Source of the DNA: Cirrosporium novae-zelandiae
Lineage: Eukaryota
DNA length: 64,000 bases
NCBI GenBank assembly: GCA_026023565.1
Contig: JAPETS010000009.1
Location: forward strand, 682,001 to 746,000
Direction: 5' to 3'
In this document: in pieces, positions 13,315-26,745 of the stretch
Layout of the letters: each line of letters opens with the position of its first letter
Position numbering within the stretch: position 1 is the first letter of the stretch
The notes under the pieces: generated by a model
What the model saw: the letters and a program-made list of their open reading frames with translations, nothing else
Databases searched by the model: none
What the model was told of the DNA's origin: nothing
Made by a program: the position numbers and the translations under genes

Positions 13315-14589
13315 ATGTCTCGTCCCTCAAAACGACTGCGTGCTGATAGCATAGTTGCAGCCTCAAGTTCTGGAGAAGAAATTCCCATCTCGCAAGCCCT
13401 TGAGCTCTTGTCCGCTGCAAAAATCAAAGACATACTTATTCTTGCTTCGAAAATGGAACCGGCGGTTGGTGCCTTAATCCGAGCTCAATATCTGGAATAC
13501 CGACAAGAGCAGCAAGAGAAAGTAATTGATTTCGATCATTACTCTAAAAGAATTTGGCATACCATTAACAGCGATTTTTCGGGGTACAGCGGCAGCCGTC
13601 AATATCATGGGTCATTTGAGGTCTTTGAAAGTGTAAAATCTTCCATCATCAACATAGCCAACCAAGCCAGCACATCTGTGTCTTCAAGGGGTACTCGCCG
13701 CAGTGCCATAGAAACCTTGAGGAAGATTGGGAAGACAATTTGTTTAAGCAGTGGAGACACGTTGGGCCATGAGGTGCAGAAGCAATTTCAGTCTGATCAT
13801 ACGTGGGAGGATGCGGTGAAGGATGTGGTCTTGGCTATGACGCCGGAGGAGAGAGCGTGGATCAGAAACGGTGACCTGTGGTCAAAATTTCAAGAGGTAG
13901 AGGGTTTGGCGCAAGATTATTGTATCTTTGAGGAACTACCGGAAATTCTAGATTTGGTTGATGGCATTACTAGCAGTGATGATGATCATGATGTGCAAGG
14001 GTCAGAGGACATGGAGGAAGTGGAGGAAGAGGAGGATGCATCAGACGAAGAAGAGGAGGAGGATGACACGCATGCCGAACGTGACATTCGCGCCCTAGCA
14101 TCGCGTCCCAGCATATCCTCCCAATTCGTCACCTGGCCGACATCCGGTCATGGTCCTGTCTCTCATGGCCTCAACGCTCTTGAAAGCATTTTACAACCCC
14201 CACTTCAGACACCAACCCCACCATCTTCGGCCCCTCCAACGCTTCCACCAATCACACTTCCACCTCCCACCTCTTACAATCAACTTCCACTCCCCATATC
14301 CTCCAATCTTCCTCCAACACCTTTCAGCAGCGAAGCTTGGGTTCCTTCCAATCAACTAGACGAGCTGCGGGGCGGTAGGAACGTACATCAAAGTGACGGG
14401 ATGCTGCCTCATGGGTTAGCATCATATGCGAATGGGTTGAACACGACACCATCGCCACATTCGCAACTATCGATAAAAAATACCACCAATTCCCCACTGC
14501 CTAGTATCCATGAGTGCATGGTGCCTCCGAAGAGCACGGAAAACCAGGGGAGGAGGGGTTTGCCAGGTATTCAGGCGCTTCTATCATAA
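13315..14589 (+). CDS. Hypothetical protein (424 aa): globular N-terminal half, acidic linker, Pro-rich tail
   Basis: Long single-exon ORF with good start context (AAAAATGT) and protein-like composition; no family recognised. Confidence 0.75.
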   Translation: MSRPSKRLRADSIVAASSSGEEIPISQALELLSAAKIKDILILASKMEPAVGALIRAQYLEYRQEQQEKVIDFDHYSKRIWHTINSDFSGYSGSRQYHGSFEVFESVKSSIINIANQASTSVSSRGTRRSAIETLRKIGKTICLSSGDTLGHEVQKQFQSDHTWEDAVKDVVLAMTPEERAWIRNGDLWSKFQEVEGLAQDYCIFEELPEILDLVDGITSSDDDHDVQGSEDMEEVEEEEDASDEEEEEDDTHAERDIRALASRPSISSQFVTWPTSGHGPVSHGLNALESILQPPLQTPTPPSSAPPTLPPITLPPPTSYNQLPLPISSNLPPTPFSSEAWVPSNQLDELRGGRNVHQSDGMLPHGLASYANGLNTTPSPHSQLSIKNTTNSPLPSIHECMVPPKSTENQGRRGLPGIQALLS

Positions 14590-17103
14590 GCTAAGCTCTT
14601 GAAACCTAGTATTCCCAATCTCGAAAAAAAAACAATAGGTCCAAGGAATCCTCAAGCTATTCTTGATCCCAAAACAATTACACCTCGTTCTCGAGCAAAA
14701 AAACAAACACCCTACCTCAACCTCGTCGCATTCAGCCCGGTCTGATTCGACTCGATCCAGCCTGGTCTATCTTATTCCAACACCCAAAAGTTCATGCTTG
14801 CTTGTTTACCAACTCGATTATTCTTGCGTTTCCCGTCTTTTGACATCTGGATTATTTCCCTTTCTCTTGTCACGTGTTTCTATGTCCTATGTATTTATAC
14901 GTGTGATACCCCCCCATTCCTACCTTGGCTCGGATAGGATATATACCCCCCACCGTGGATGATAATATATGATATCTTGGGATGAGGTATATGAATTCTC
15001 TTAATATTTTTCTTAATGGATGTAGGGCTAGCTAGTTGGGGTAACTGGATGGATTGGATGTTATGTTATGCTATCTAGTTATGTTGGCGGTATATATGTG
15101 TGTGCATGGCGTTACTTACTGTGGACCATGAACAGTGGGCTATAGAACAAACAAACAAGCAATCAAACAAACAGACAAACAAACAGACAAACAACCCAAA
15201 CTCAAAAAAGAACTACCTACATATCACGCATATCTACAGTTTTACAACAAACCCCTAAAGCCTCGGTACCCCTGATTTTTGGTCATGGGATAGACCGGGT
15301 CTAACCACGTGAGCGAATACTTTCAACATTACAAGCAAGGATGAAGATAAAATTCCTTATCCAAATTTTTCTTACCCTCCACGTGCTCTCCTCTCCTCTT
15401 CTCCCCTTTTCACCCTCCTACTTTACACGCACCAACCCCCCATCCCTCTCCAAAAAGGGGTAGAATCCCAACTCTACACATCCAACACAAAACAAAACCA
15501 AATCCAAAAAAAAAAACGAAAAAAAACAAGAATCAACACCAAAAAAAATGACGTTCATGGTTTTCCAAATCATACGATTATGACATATATATGAGGCGAA
15601 ATATAAATAAACAAAAAAAATCCGCCACCACGCCTTTGCGTTCCTCACCGCCACCTCCACCTCCGCACCTCGTCTTCCCCTCTCCCCAGGTTTTCTAACG
15701 TTCTCCATATTTTTATTTTTATTTTTGTTTTTATTTCTCGCTTTTTTCTTATTTTCCGCCTTCCGCTTCCATCACGATGGATCTTGATCGGGGAAAAAGA
15801 AATAGAGGAGGGGGGAAATGAAAGAAAGAGAGGAGGAGAAACTTAAAGCCTTTTTTTTTTTTTTCTTAGTTGAGGTTTCTCTCTCTTCTAAGGAATGAAT
15901 GCGTAAAAAGTAATAAATATATATAAAATCCCCAAATAAAAATAAAAATATTAGATTAGATAGATAGCCTTTACATCCATCCTCCTATTGACCATTACCG
16001 TTACCATTACCTTACCTTTTGTCTCCTCTTTATTTCATATAATCCTAATACCTAAATCCCACCACACACACCAATACACACACACACACAAAGATGGGCA
16101 TTTCCATTCCCTATTCCCCATCCCTCCCTCCCCAAACACTTATTCATCAAAACACACACCCAACACACCTAACGCACCATTCCAAGTCTCCAGGTCTCCA
16201 AGTTCCCCAAGCTTTCAAAGCCCCCCTAAATAAACAAAAAATCGTTATTCATCCATTATCTTTCCCTTTCATTTTTTAATTTTTTTTTTTTAGCTTTTTA
16301 GCTTTTTGTCAAGGTTTGGGAGGGGGGTTTTTTTTTTCTATGATGATGGTGGTGGTGGTGGGGATGTGGGGATTTTACTACTGCCTATATAGGGATAGAA
16401 AGAGTGTGTGGGAGAAAGAGAGAGAGAAAGGTAGGTAGAGGTAGGCTTCCCCCTTTTTTTGGTTTTGCCTTTTTTCTTCCTGACTTTAGTTGATGATGTG
16501 GATGTGGATGTGGATGAGATGGACAGATGTCATGTAAGGTGATGGGAAGGTTGTAAAGGTGTATGTAAGGTCGTAGTTGTAGTACTAAGGTAAGGTAAGT
16601 CTCCCCTCCTCCTCCCCCCTCCTTCTCTCCATCCCTCTCTCCTCCCTCCAACGAAACCCACACACACGAAGACACAACCAAGAAATTACTACTAGATGTA
16701 TAGATAGACACATAAAAAGATGAAAAAATAAAATTCCGTTATAACTTTATAACTTTATAACCCTGAAAAAAGAGCAAGCAAACATGAATAAATAAATGTA
16801 TGAGAGAGTAGGTGAGAGGAGTAAAACCCGCTAAGTTTTTTTTTTTAGTATTATAAAGGATTTGTTTCATCTGGCTGACTGTGTTGGATAGATGTATCGT
16901 CTTTTGCGCGATTGGTATCACATGGAATAAAGGTAGGTTAATGATAATGGAAGATAGAGGTAAGGTAAGGTAACCTCCCCCCCCTTTTTTTTTGGCTTTG
17001 CCTTTTTTTTCGTTCTGGCTTTCGTTGATGATGTGGGTGTGGATGTGGATGTGGATGTGGATGGGATGGGATGGGAAGGTTATAAAGGAGCATGTAAGTA
17101 AGG

Positions 17104-17182
17104 TCGTAGTAGTGGTAGTGATAGTGATAGTGGTAGTAATGGTAGTAGTGGTAGTAGTGGTAGTAGTGGTAGCAGTGGTAGT
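17104..17182. repeat. (GTA/GTG)n microsatellite
   Basis: GTAGTAGTGGTAGTGATAGTG... run. Confidence 0.85.
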
Positions 17183-17476
17183 AAGGTAGGGTAGGGTAAG
17201 CCCCCCCCTCCCTCCCCCTCCCCCTCCGCCTCCTTCCTCCCGCTTCCCCCCGCCACCGTCGCGTAACATAACCATAGCTAATAAGCTAGGTTTAGCTAAT
17301 AGCAAAAAAAAGAGAAAATATAGAGATAGAATAGAATAGGATAGGATAACGCCCATGTTGTTGCGTTTCTGTTCTGAGATGTGCAATAATTGATCTGATG
17401 ATGATGACAATGACGATTTATCCTGAAAGTCTTTTTTTCATTCTTTCTTCTTTTTCTTTGCCTTGCTTTGATTGTC

Positions 17477-17507
<31 letters not shown>

Positions 17508-17510
17508 CTT
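17477..17510. repeat. (CTT)n microsatellite
   Basis: Perfect CTT run. Confidence 0.9.
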
Positions 17511-18067
17511 CATCTTTCTTCCTTCACACTTCCTAAAAATATCCATTCCCCTAAAAAAACACATCTCTGATGGGAGGGAAGTCGGTCGATCAAGAGGAGA
17601 GGTAATAAAAAAAACAAAAAGCCTGCCCAATGCCATGTATAAAAAAAGGAGAGAAAAAAAATAGGGGGGGACATAACGGTATCACATTTTTTGCGTTTTC
17701 GCGGTTTTTTTGGATCTCGTGTTGCGCATAAAAAAAGGGCTGTTGTTGTATCAAGTCACAAACACACACTCACACATGAGGGAGAGAGACAAGATAAAAT
17801 GTTGGTTCGGACAATGCAACAATTTATCATCAAAGAAGAAAAGCAAAACAAAAACAAGAAAAAAAAGGATTTTGAATCGATTTGGTCCGGTGTGACATCT
17901 CAATCGAATTCATCCTCCCCTCCCCTTTTCTCGCAATCCAATGCAGTTAATAAATTTCAAAATCCAGGACCAGGACCTACCCCATTTTCTTAAAACAGCT
18001 AAGGAAAAATGACATGGAAAGAAAAATAAGAACCCAAAAATCCTCTTTTCGTTTATATCCCATACAG

Positions 18068-21000
18068 CTACATCCCTCCGCCATTTCCCACTCCTCCCCC
18101 GAAGAAAAATCCATCAAACAGATCCACTCCTCCTCCTTCGGTCCAGTCATGATTCTCGGGTTCTCCGAGATTTAGTCCACCACCAAGCCCAAATCCAAAA
18201 TCAAGACCCGTAACTCCGCCAACTCCAATGTTATTACCGGTATCTTGATGGTTTAACCCTTCATTTAAAAAGTCCATGCCCGTATAACCGTTCGCCCCAA
18301 AGTCCATACCTGCGCCCGTGGTTTGATATGGTCCGCTAGTCGTGGTTGATGTTGTGGTGAAGAAGGATGGTTGTTGCTGATGCTGTTGTTGTTGCTGGTG
18401 CCGTAATGGGGGGGTCATAAGCGGCTGCTGTTGCTGCGGTGAGTGTCGTTGCATGGTCGGTTCGAAGCCAGCTGGAAGTCCATTGGGAGGTGTGGCGGCA
18501 GAAGTGGTCGGCATTCTATATGAATGAGGACTCATTTGTTGTGGTGGGGGCATGAAAGCTTGTTGTATGCTTGGTTGTGGCGGTGGGTATTGTTGTTGGC
18601 GCGTAGGCATCATCATGCTAAACTGGGCTGTGAGTGGTTGTCGATTATTAATATTTTCTTCGGTAAATAAATCTCGAAGGTTCATATCAAAACGAGGAGG
18701 TGGTCTTCGACCATGCGTTCTCGGTTTGGCCATTTGTTGCGATTGAGGGGTCATATTTTGATCATGTGTACTCTCGGGGGAGGCTGATTGACTTCCTGGA
18801 CGTCTATCGAAGCCAGGTGCTTGAGACGCAAAACCTGTTGTCGAGAGACACATCTGAACTGTAGCTTTGCTCATGCGCTCAAAAGCATCACGGCATGCTT
18901 CAGCAGGCGGGCATTTTGCAATGAGATCGCCGAGTACTGAGGTGGCAGCGAGAACAGTAAAGTCGACATCGTCGAGAGTCTACATAATTCAGCTCTGATT
19001 TGATAAACAAGTCAAATAACACGTACCAGCCGGCTGCGAACAGTAGCGGAATGCCATATAGCATACAAGAAAGAAATACCTAAAGCAATGTTAGCCTCAA
19101 AAGGCGCACGTAGAGCGGAGAGTTCCTACCAGCCATAAACAAATGGTGGGTGGCTAGGTATGTATAATTTACAAGCCGGAGTCGGTGGAGTTGGCGATAT
19201 AGACGAAGGACCTTCTGCCCGGCCTCTGCTACTTTTAAAAAGACGTCTTCTTCTTCTTCCCGGGAGTCAACGCTCATCATGGATGGACTTGATACGTCTT
19301 CGGCTGGGCTCATCTGGCCCATCTCCCCGGCCAAGGGCGCAGGTACGCTGAGACTCTGTCGGTAGAGCATGATTACCGCTTGCCAGTAATTTAGCTCCAG
19401 GAACTGAGGTGAAAATGCTACCCCAGTTTCTTGATGACAAGGCGCAGACTCCTTCCATTCCCATAACCTTCGATCTATATCTCGCCTCCAAGAACGGAAT
19501 GAATCAAAATGCTGAAGGAATGGAGATGGTAGTTTCGTATGCATGTATTCGTTGTTCCTGCCTATTCCCGAGGCAAAAACCTGCTGCGCCTGCTGATATT
19601 GCAATACATTTAGGATTTCCGATTGCAGGAGTCGTAATCGGAAGTAATGATATGAGACTCGTTTATAGGATGGAGCGTTGATTGCCCCTCCAGGTATCTG
19701 TACGAACCCTCCCGTCGTAATGTATTTGTCATCGAGTGCTGAAGGAAATTGTGTTGTTATGACCTGATCGGTAATCCCAAACGGACGTCCAACGCAAGTA
19801 CTAACAAGTCGGTCAAAAGAGTACACACACCACCATAGCCGCCTCCTTAGATCTCTGACCCATTCCCGACGTCCTCGTTCTCGTGGGTCGAGGGAGGGGG
19901 CGTTGCAATCGGTATCCATAGGTATCGTGCCTATCGACATGTGGGCATCTTTCACAAACTTGGCCTCCGGACCGGTATCGCCGCCCGTCCCATCTTCGTA
20001 ATGTAGGCCCAAGTCGACCGCCAATCGAACCGCAACACCAACAATGTACCATAATCCAGGGGCGACTGGTCGGAGAAGAGCAAACCCTGCGAGCAGAAGC
20101 ACCGCTTGGAGTTCTTCGAGTCCCCCACCAAATCCGTCTGGTCGATCAGCCGCAGGGCCGGAACCAAGAAAAGTTTCCAGGTGTACTATCGCCGACGCAT
20201 GATACTCCTCTGGTTGTGACTGCTGGCTGAATATTCGTTGTCTCTTGGCGGAAGGAGAGCCACCAAGAGAGTTTGGAGAAGGGCCGCTGGGGGGGCCCAT
20301 ATTAGATGCATCATCGGGATTCTGGGAATCTGGGCCGCCAAATATAATACCCGAGCCAATGGCAAATACAATATTGAGAAGATATAGTTCTCTTGGAGTC
20401 CTGCTCTTATCATCAATCGAATATACTCGATTAAACAGACTCATAAACTCTCCACGGTGGAGGATCGGGATTTGAGGATTGGCGTGTTCGAAATAAAGAT
20501 TAACGAGTTTTTCCGCCAACTCGCGTTCGGGAAAAGGTGCTTTCTTAATGGTTGGTTTAGACTGTAGTCCAAAGAACGAGTCTCGCATCGAGGTGCTTCC
20601 CGCTCCAGGCGGCAGTGGTTTGCTGGGATTCACTCCGCTACGATCGGAACCAGAGGAGGAAACAGAATTTTTAACGGCTTGAAAGACGACCCTCGCAAAG
20701 GAGATGCCAGAAGTAGATCCCAGATATCGAGGATCCGAGGCTCCTTGCACCGAGACCATACCAATGTTGGAGACGAGTTTGTTCAGTTTGTCGTCGTCAT
20801 CCTGTTTCTTCCCCAGGCCGGGATCTTTCGGAGTCGGGGTAATGCTGTTGCTGCTCTCCGTCCCGGGTTCGACTTTGACAACATGATTGCCATTGACTTG
20901 TGGCCGTGAGCGGTCATCGGCAGGGGTAAAAAGGCCGTGGGTGCGAGCGGGAGGGCTCCATTCGGCGTCGTAAGCTTCGGGGAGCTTGAAAGGGATGTTA

Positions 21001-21347
21001 TTGGATTGGAGGAGAGTTTCGAGATATGATATTCGACTTTCGAGGTAATAGACATAGCTGCGAGGAATTTCACGTTTTAAGATGGGGTCGTAGCCGACGC
21101 ATTTGACGTGAGCTTTCTCGCAAGAAGCGCAGGCGGGGAGGCGTTGATCGCATCGGTTCTTGCGCACTCGACAACGGTTACATGCAGAAACATTTCGAAA
21201 GGCAGAACTGACTGCATGGGAGGCAGAGGCAAGGGATATTTCAGGGCGTGATGGGGCATCGCGGGGTTGGGTCGGTGAAGAAGACTCGTCAGAGGAAGGG
21301 TAAGCGCGCTTCAAGCCGCGGCTCGAGGCCGACGACGGAGAAGTCAT
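18068..21347 (-). CDS. uaY: Zn2Cys6 transcription factor, UaY/PPR1 type (positive regulator of purine utilisation), ~1060 aa, 3 exons
   Basis: Cluster ACNRCRVRKNRCDQRLPACASCEKAHVKC followed by REIPRSYVYYLE; fungal TF domain (RRRLWWCVYSFDR); introns 19129-19080 and 19026-18980 restore HHLFMAGISFLYAIWHS...LDDVDFTVLAATSVLGDL...CPPAEACRDAFERM. Confidence 0.88.
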
Positions 21348-23085
21348 AGGTGCAGTGGCACGATAGAGGAGATTGTAACATGATCCGGTTGGAACATCAG
21401 CAGCCGAGTCATCTTCAAGATGCTGATATGGTGGTGGAGAGATGTTGTTGTTGAGCCATTTGCGCAAAGGTTCGTCGCTGTCGCTGTGCTGTCCAACAGT
21501 TCCGGCTGCTTTTGGAGCATCGGCTTATCTTTGCGGATCTCTTCAGCCCTCTTGGAATCTAACCTGATCAGGATGCGAAATGGGGTCACTGAACAAGAGG
21601 AATACAAGACTAACTAAAAAAACCAGTTGTGCCAGTCAATTACTTGGATAATTCACTTCAACTAACTACCTAGGTAGATGATCCAATTAGCTACCCAGTT
21701 TTATTTCTGTCGTTAGTAGTTTAGTGGTTGGTGGTGGTTGGTGGTTGGTTGGGTAGTAAGTGTAGTAAGTAGTAATTGTAATTGAAAAGTTCAATCAATT
21801 ATCGAATGAACGAATAAAATGAATGTTCATTTCAGGGAAAACCGAAAAACCTTGAGGAGTTTTTTTTTGTTATTTTCTGGTATTTTTATTTTTATTTTTT
21901 CATGATTTGGTTGGCGCGATTTGAGAAGGATTCCTTAGGTGTCAGGACTTGAGGAAGAAAGCCTTTCCAGGGTCCAACAGGTCCCCCAATCCACCACCAC
22001 CAGCAAAATATCTGCTTGGAAATTTATAAAAAATAAAAAATAAATAATTAAATAATTAAATCAAATTAGAATATTCCATTCTATTCAGTTTAATTCTACC
22101 AATTCAATCCAGTTATTCAATCCAAAGAATCCTTCTCGACGTATCCCACGTCTTCTAATTCCTACTCGTAATGTCGTCTCCGTGATTCCCCACCGCCGGC
22201 TGAAACGGCTCCTCGAAAAACTGCGACGAAAAACCCCAGTCTTCTCCCCCCCAAAAGACCAAAGGACCAAAGGGTCAAGGATTAGTCTACCAGTCCAAGT
22301 TAAATCAGTCACTGCAACAGGAAGTACTTGCCACTTTCTAATAAATTACACTTTCTTTCCCCACCAACCATCATTCCCTTCTTCCCTCTCCATCGTTACA
22401 TCCATTTCTATTTAAACAAGAAAATGTAGAACATTTACACAATTATCAAAAAATTTAGAGACATCACAGGACTTGTTAGTCGTCAATTGCGAGTGGTTCT
22501 ATCAAAATAATGTAAAAAAACAGAAATCATCGAACACGAATTCCATCCGATCTCTCGATCCCCGATCCTCGTCATTTCTTGACCGCCAATATAACCCCCA
22601 ACTATAGCCAACAGTAATAAGGAGTAACCGCTCAACTCCCTTCCCAACTCTTTGTGCTTTCGCCGAACAATCAATGCTCAAGGCTTCGCTCGCCTCGGGA
22701 TATCATTGCAAAAACATAAAACAGAGAGCCACCCAATGCAAATATAACGATAATGCTGCCAATGAACCAAAACAACCAAAAAGAAAATCCAAACACCTTT
22801 TCAATCCCCCCCGTTCCAAGTCCAGTCCTTGTAATATTATAGCCCTTGAATAGTCCATTTTTAGTCGACAATGTCCCTCTTGCCTCTATTAATCCTGGCG
22901 CCAGACTTTTCCTGCTGCACGATGCTAAAGGTCAAACGCTCATGAATCGGTTAGAATTTTAAATAGGGAATTCGTGACGGAATGGTTTCGGATGTACCAT
23001 CCACTTTGGGTCAACCCCGCCAATGCGGGAGACCCTTTCAACTTTTTTTGTTCGGCTGGTTGTTTTTGTTGTTGCTTTTGTTGTC

Positions 23086-25118
23086 TCAAAACAGTTCACT
23101 TTTTTCTTCTAGTGATGAGAAAGTAACCTCTTCGGTCGGCGTTGGTGGTGATGGCGGCAACAGTGCTGTATCACCACTGATAGAGTTCATGCGACAACTT
23201 CGAAGACCAGCTTCTTCATCAACATCGTCTGCGTTGCTATCCAAGCGCCCTTTACCTTCTTCCATCCACAAGGTTTCGATCGCTCCCAGGAAGCAGATCG
23301 CCCCACTTGCCCACCATGCCAATCCCGTGTAACCATGTTGCAGACCCGCCGAATGGATAATACCAGTAATCGTTGGGCCGAATGCTCTGGCCAAGCTAGC
23401 CGTTGAAGCTGCAACACCGTTGATCAGACCGAGCACCATTGTTGAAGGCGCAGAGTTGGTAAGGAGGATAGCGTTAGATGGAAACGCCATGACATGAGCT
23501 GTAATCTTCCAGATCAAGCATACGTAGACCGCTGGCTTCTGAAGCGAGGTGGGAAGGAGAACAACATATGGCACAGCGAAGTAGAGAATCGGCCATGTCA
23601 TGATGGTGAAGCGAAAGGTATTCAAGGTACCAAAACGCTTGACAATGTACGGGAAGATGAAGAGCTGGGCAATCATCGAGTACACTCCCTGTACAGCTAA
23701 CATGAATCCGATTGTCTTTGATGAAAGGCCGAAACCGCCGGTAAACTTGAAGGGAAGAGAGACTTCGTCATGAGAAACAGGTTCACTCAGAAAAACCGGC
23801 ATCAATTGATCGAAGGATACGCTGTGGCTGTACAAACTGTCAGTATTTGGTGATAATTGGGATAGGTTCTGATGTTACTCACTATGCTAGAAGACCATAA
23901 CCAACGATATTGAGAAGAACTGCTTTAGTAAAGGCCTTCTGGTGGCCACGCAATGCTTTTGGTGGAGGTGAGTCGAGCGAAACGGGTGGTGGCTCCGATG
24001 CGACATGAGAGGTGGAGGTTCTTGGTGACCCTTCGCTTGTCCTGTACCCGGGTGGCTGTTCGTCCTCAAGCAATGATATCACTTCATCCATGGTCTCCGC
24101 TTTGTCAAAACTAAACAACGCAGATTTATCTTCTTTGCCGGTGAGTTTGCTGACAATCCATCGGCCAATTTGCAAGCCCAAATCTCTTTGATGTTTTTTC
24201 TCTGGATGTGTTTCTTCGAGAAACAGTATTCCCACGACGACACCGCACACGAGCACAGAGATACAGACAACATTAGGAAGCAGAAAGGGGTACTTGGCGA
24301 AGATGCTGTCATTGCTGAAAAGCCACGGATAATGGTCGCAAGGCTGAGCTAAAGCTCCACCTAAGGCGGGCCCTAGAATCGAACCAATGCACCAAACAAA
24401 GGGCATGATGGAATATGCACGAGCTGGCAAAGTTAGCCTGAGAGCTCTAACTCCATGGATTTCTCGTACTTACGCTGATGCTCCTTCACAGTGACAATCT
24501 CGGCGACAGTGGTTTGCAAAACCCCAATGTTTCTGGAATATGTTTGTGAGCAAATATATACGCAACGGTAAAATGGCAATCAATTTGGAAAGCAGAAGAG
24601 CATACCCATTCAGAAGACCGCCCAAAGCGCGGCCCAGCAGCGCAGTCGGAAGATTGGTTGCAAATCCGAAAACCATCATGCTAATTGCAGTTCCAGCCAA
24701 ACCCATGATGAGAACTGGCTTCCTTCCAATCCGATCGCTCAGTCTGCCCCATATGACACTGGTGGAGAATTCTGCAAACGCAAACGACGACGTGACCAAG
24801 CCAACGTACACGGCGATTTGGCGATCATCATTGGTAATCTGGAAGGACGAGATCATATAATACACATAAGGGAAGATAGACATGAAGGCAATTGGTTCGC
24901 ATATTCGGCAGAGAGCTATAGACAAGGTGAAGTCAGCAAGAGGAAACTTGAACAAGAGCTGGGATCAAAAACAAATGGATCAATTGGGGCAAGAACCGAT
25001 ATGGGCGCTTTAAGGATCAAGACTTACCAAGTATGAAGAGCTGTCGCGAGGGGAAAGGAGGGCTTTGAGAAGAGGCATCAGGCCGCCGCGAGCGGCCGTT
25101 GAGGAAAGATGGAAGCAT
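23086..25118 (-). CDS. MFS transporter (YCR023C/ZIFL-like, DHA1-related), ~580 aa, 5 exons
   Basis: Exons 25118-25028, 24915-24606, 24532-24474, 24423-23883, 23827-23086 join in frame. FPSRQLFILALCRICEPIAFMSIFPY; motif A WGRLSDRIGRKP; multiple TM segments. Confidence 0.92.
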
Positions 25119-25783
25119 TGAAGCAAGGGTGGTCAAGATGTTTGCTCTGGTTTCAATGAGGTCGAGTTTAAGATGGCAATTGGTTTCGGATCGATTTCGT
25201 CGGCCACGATAAAGAAGAAGGTGGGTTATATAAGAGGGGGGCCTTGAGCGGTAGGTGGATGCGACAGTGGTGACGACTACAACAATGACGGTGGGGAAAG
25301 ATGCAGATAGTTGTCTAAGAATAATATAAAGATTCGGGTGGGATGGGGCGCGAGTTAGTAGAGGATTTGGGACAATTCATGCGCAAGCAGCTGCAGTATG
25401 CATATGCAGTTGGAACAAGGCAACACGAAATGAGGCTGCAGTGAGGTTGTGCAAGACTCACTTGGCGGGCATGGTGCATATAAAGGAAAGATCAGGAAAG
25501 AAAGGAGAGTTTGACATCGCACAGGGCCAACGGCCACGATACCGTTTGTGCCAGCAACAGGGCAAACAACAGGGAGAGCCATGGCCGGATGGAAATCACA
25601 CGAACCCACACAATCGATAAGCGAAGAAAGCAATCAGCCTAGGCTTTGGTAGCTTTGGTAGCTTTGGTAGCTTTTTTTTTTTTCGTAGTCCCAGGAGAAG
25701 AAAGGTTTTGGGTAGGGCGCGTCTTCAGTAGTGTAGTCGTTGGTGTGAGGTCAGAGAGTAGCTTCAGTAGGTCAATAGTGGTA

Positions 25784-25786
25784 GTG

Positions 25787-25824
<38 letters not shown>
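25784..25824. repeat. (GT)n microsatellite
   Basis: GT run with one interruption. Confidence 0.9.
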
Positions 25825-25830
<6 letters not shown>

Positions 25831-26731
25831 TGAGAGTGTGAGTTGAGAGTATGCATAGTGGATCGCGGTAGTTGTTTGGGGAGGGGGGGATGGAAGAAAA
25901 TAATCTAGAAAAGAAGGGAAGAAAGTTTCCGGTTGGGACCTGATTTTGTCGGCTTGTTAGGCTACTTGCTTCCTCTACTTCTTCTTACTTGGTATACTGA
26001 TTTTGTGGTACTGTACTTTTTTTTTTGGTTTTTTTTGGTTTTTTTTGTTTCTTTGCTTACAATGCCATGTTGCACCATTAGAGTTGGGGAGAGCTACAGT
26101 TCCGGGATAAATATTTGGCGGGTCAAAATCAAAAGAATTAGCTGAAAACGATTGGCGTGGAATCGTGCCATTAACTAGAAGGGAGCTTGAGCCATCTTTT
26201 CGAAGACTCGTAGAGCGACTAGAAGACTACTGTAGAAGAACTAGAGGACAGTACTAAAAAGATTACAAACTAGCAAGAGAGAAGCCATAGTTCAGAGCCC
26301 TAAAAGGATAGGGGGGTATGGAATACGAAGGATTGGAAGGGGAAACGAAAGGAAACGAAAGAGAAGAAAGCAAAAAAGTCAAAAACAGGGAAAGACAAGG
26401 AAGAGCTATGAGCTGTTCTGCCAAAGGTTTGTTAGTCGACTGAGTATCATTACGCTACCACACCAGATGAAAAAGGAACCCGAAATTGGAGTAAAAAGCC
26501 AGAAAGAAAGGAAAAAAAAACGCCAGACAGGCCAGACGAAAAGCCAGACAAAAAGCCAGAAATACTCTCCACATTTTCTTCTTAACTTCCCATCATACTC
26601 TGTGAAAATGCTCCAATCTTTAATGCCGAGAACTAACTCTGACTCTGACTTCTGATTCTCTAACACTTCTTCTCTTACCCCCCCCCGCCCCCCCGCTCCC
26701 CCCCCTCCCCAATTTGGTCTTGTAGTAATGA

Positions 26732-26745
26732 TCGGTTGGTACCGA
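26732..26745. promoter_or_regulatory. UaY/PPR1 consensus site TCGG-N6-CCGA
   Basis: TCGG TTGGTA CCGA, 1.6 kb upstream of the MFS gene ATG; single site, could be chance. Confidence 0.3.

Noticed and set aside
16739..17410. 223-aa minus-strand ORF with poly-G, poly-T and HI repeats
   Set aside because: Made of microsatellites and homopolymer runs.
21348..21467. N-terminal extensions given by the ORF track (uaY 21467, MSS116 6365, SUN 10254, amidohydrolase 35904)
   Set aside because: They begin at TTG/GTG; the first in-frame ATG gives a sensible N-terminus in each case.
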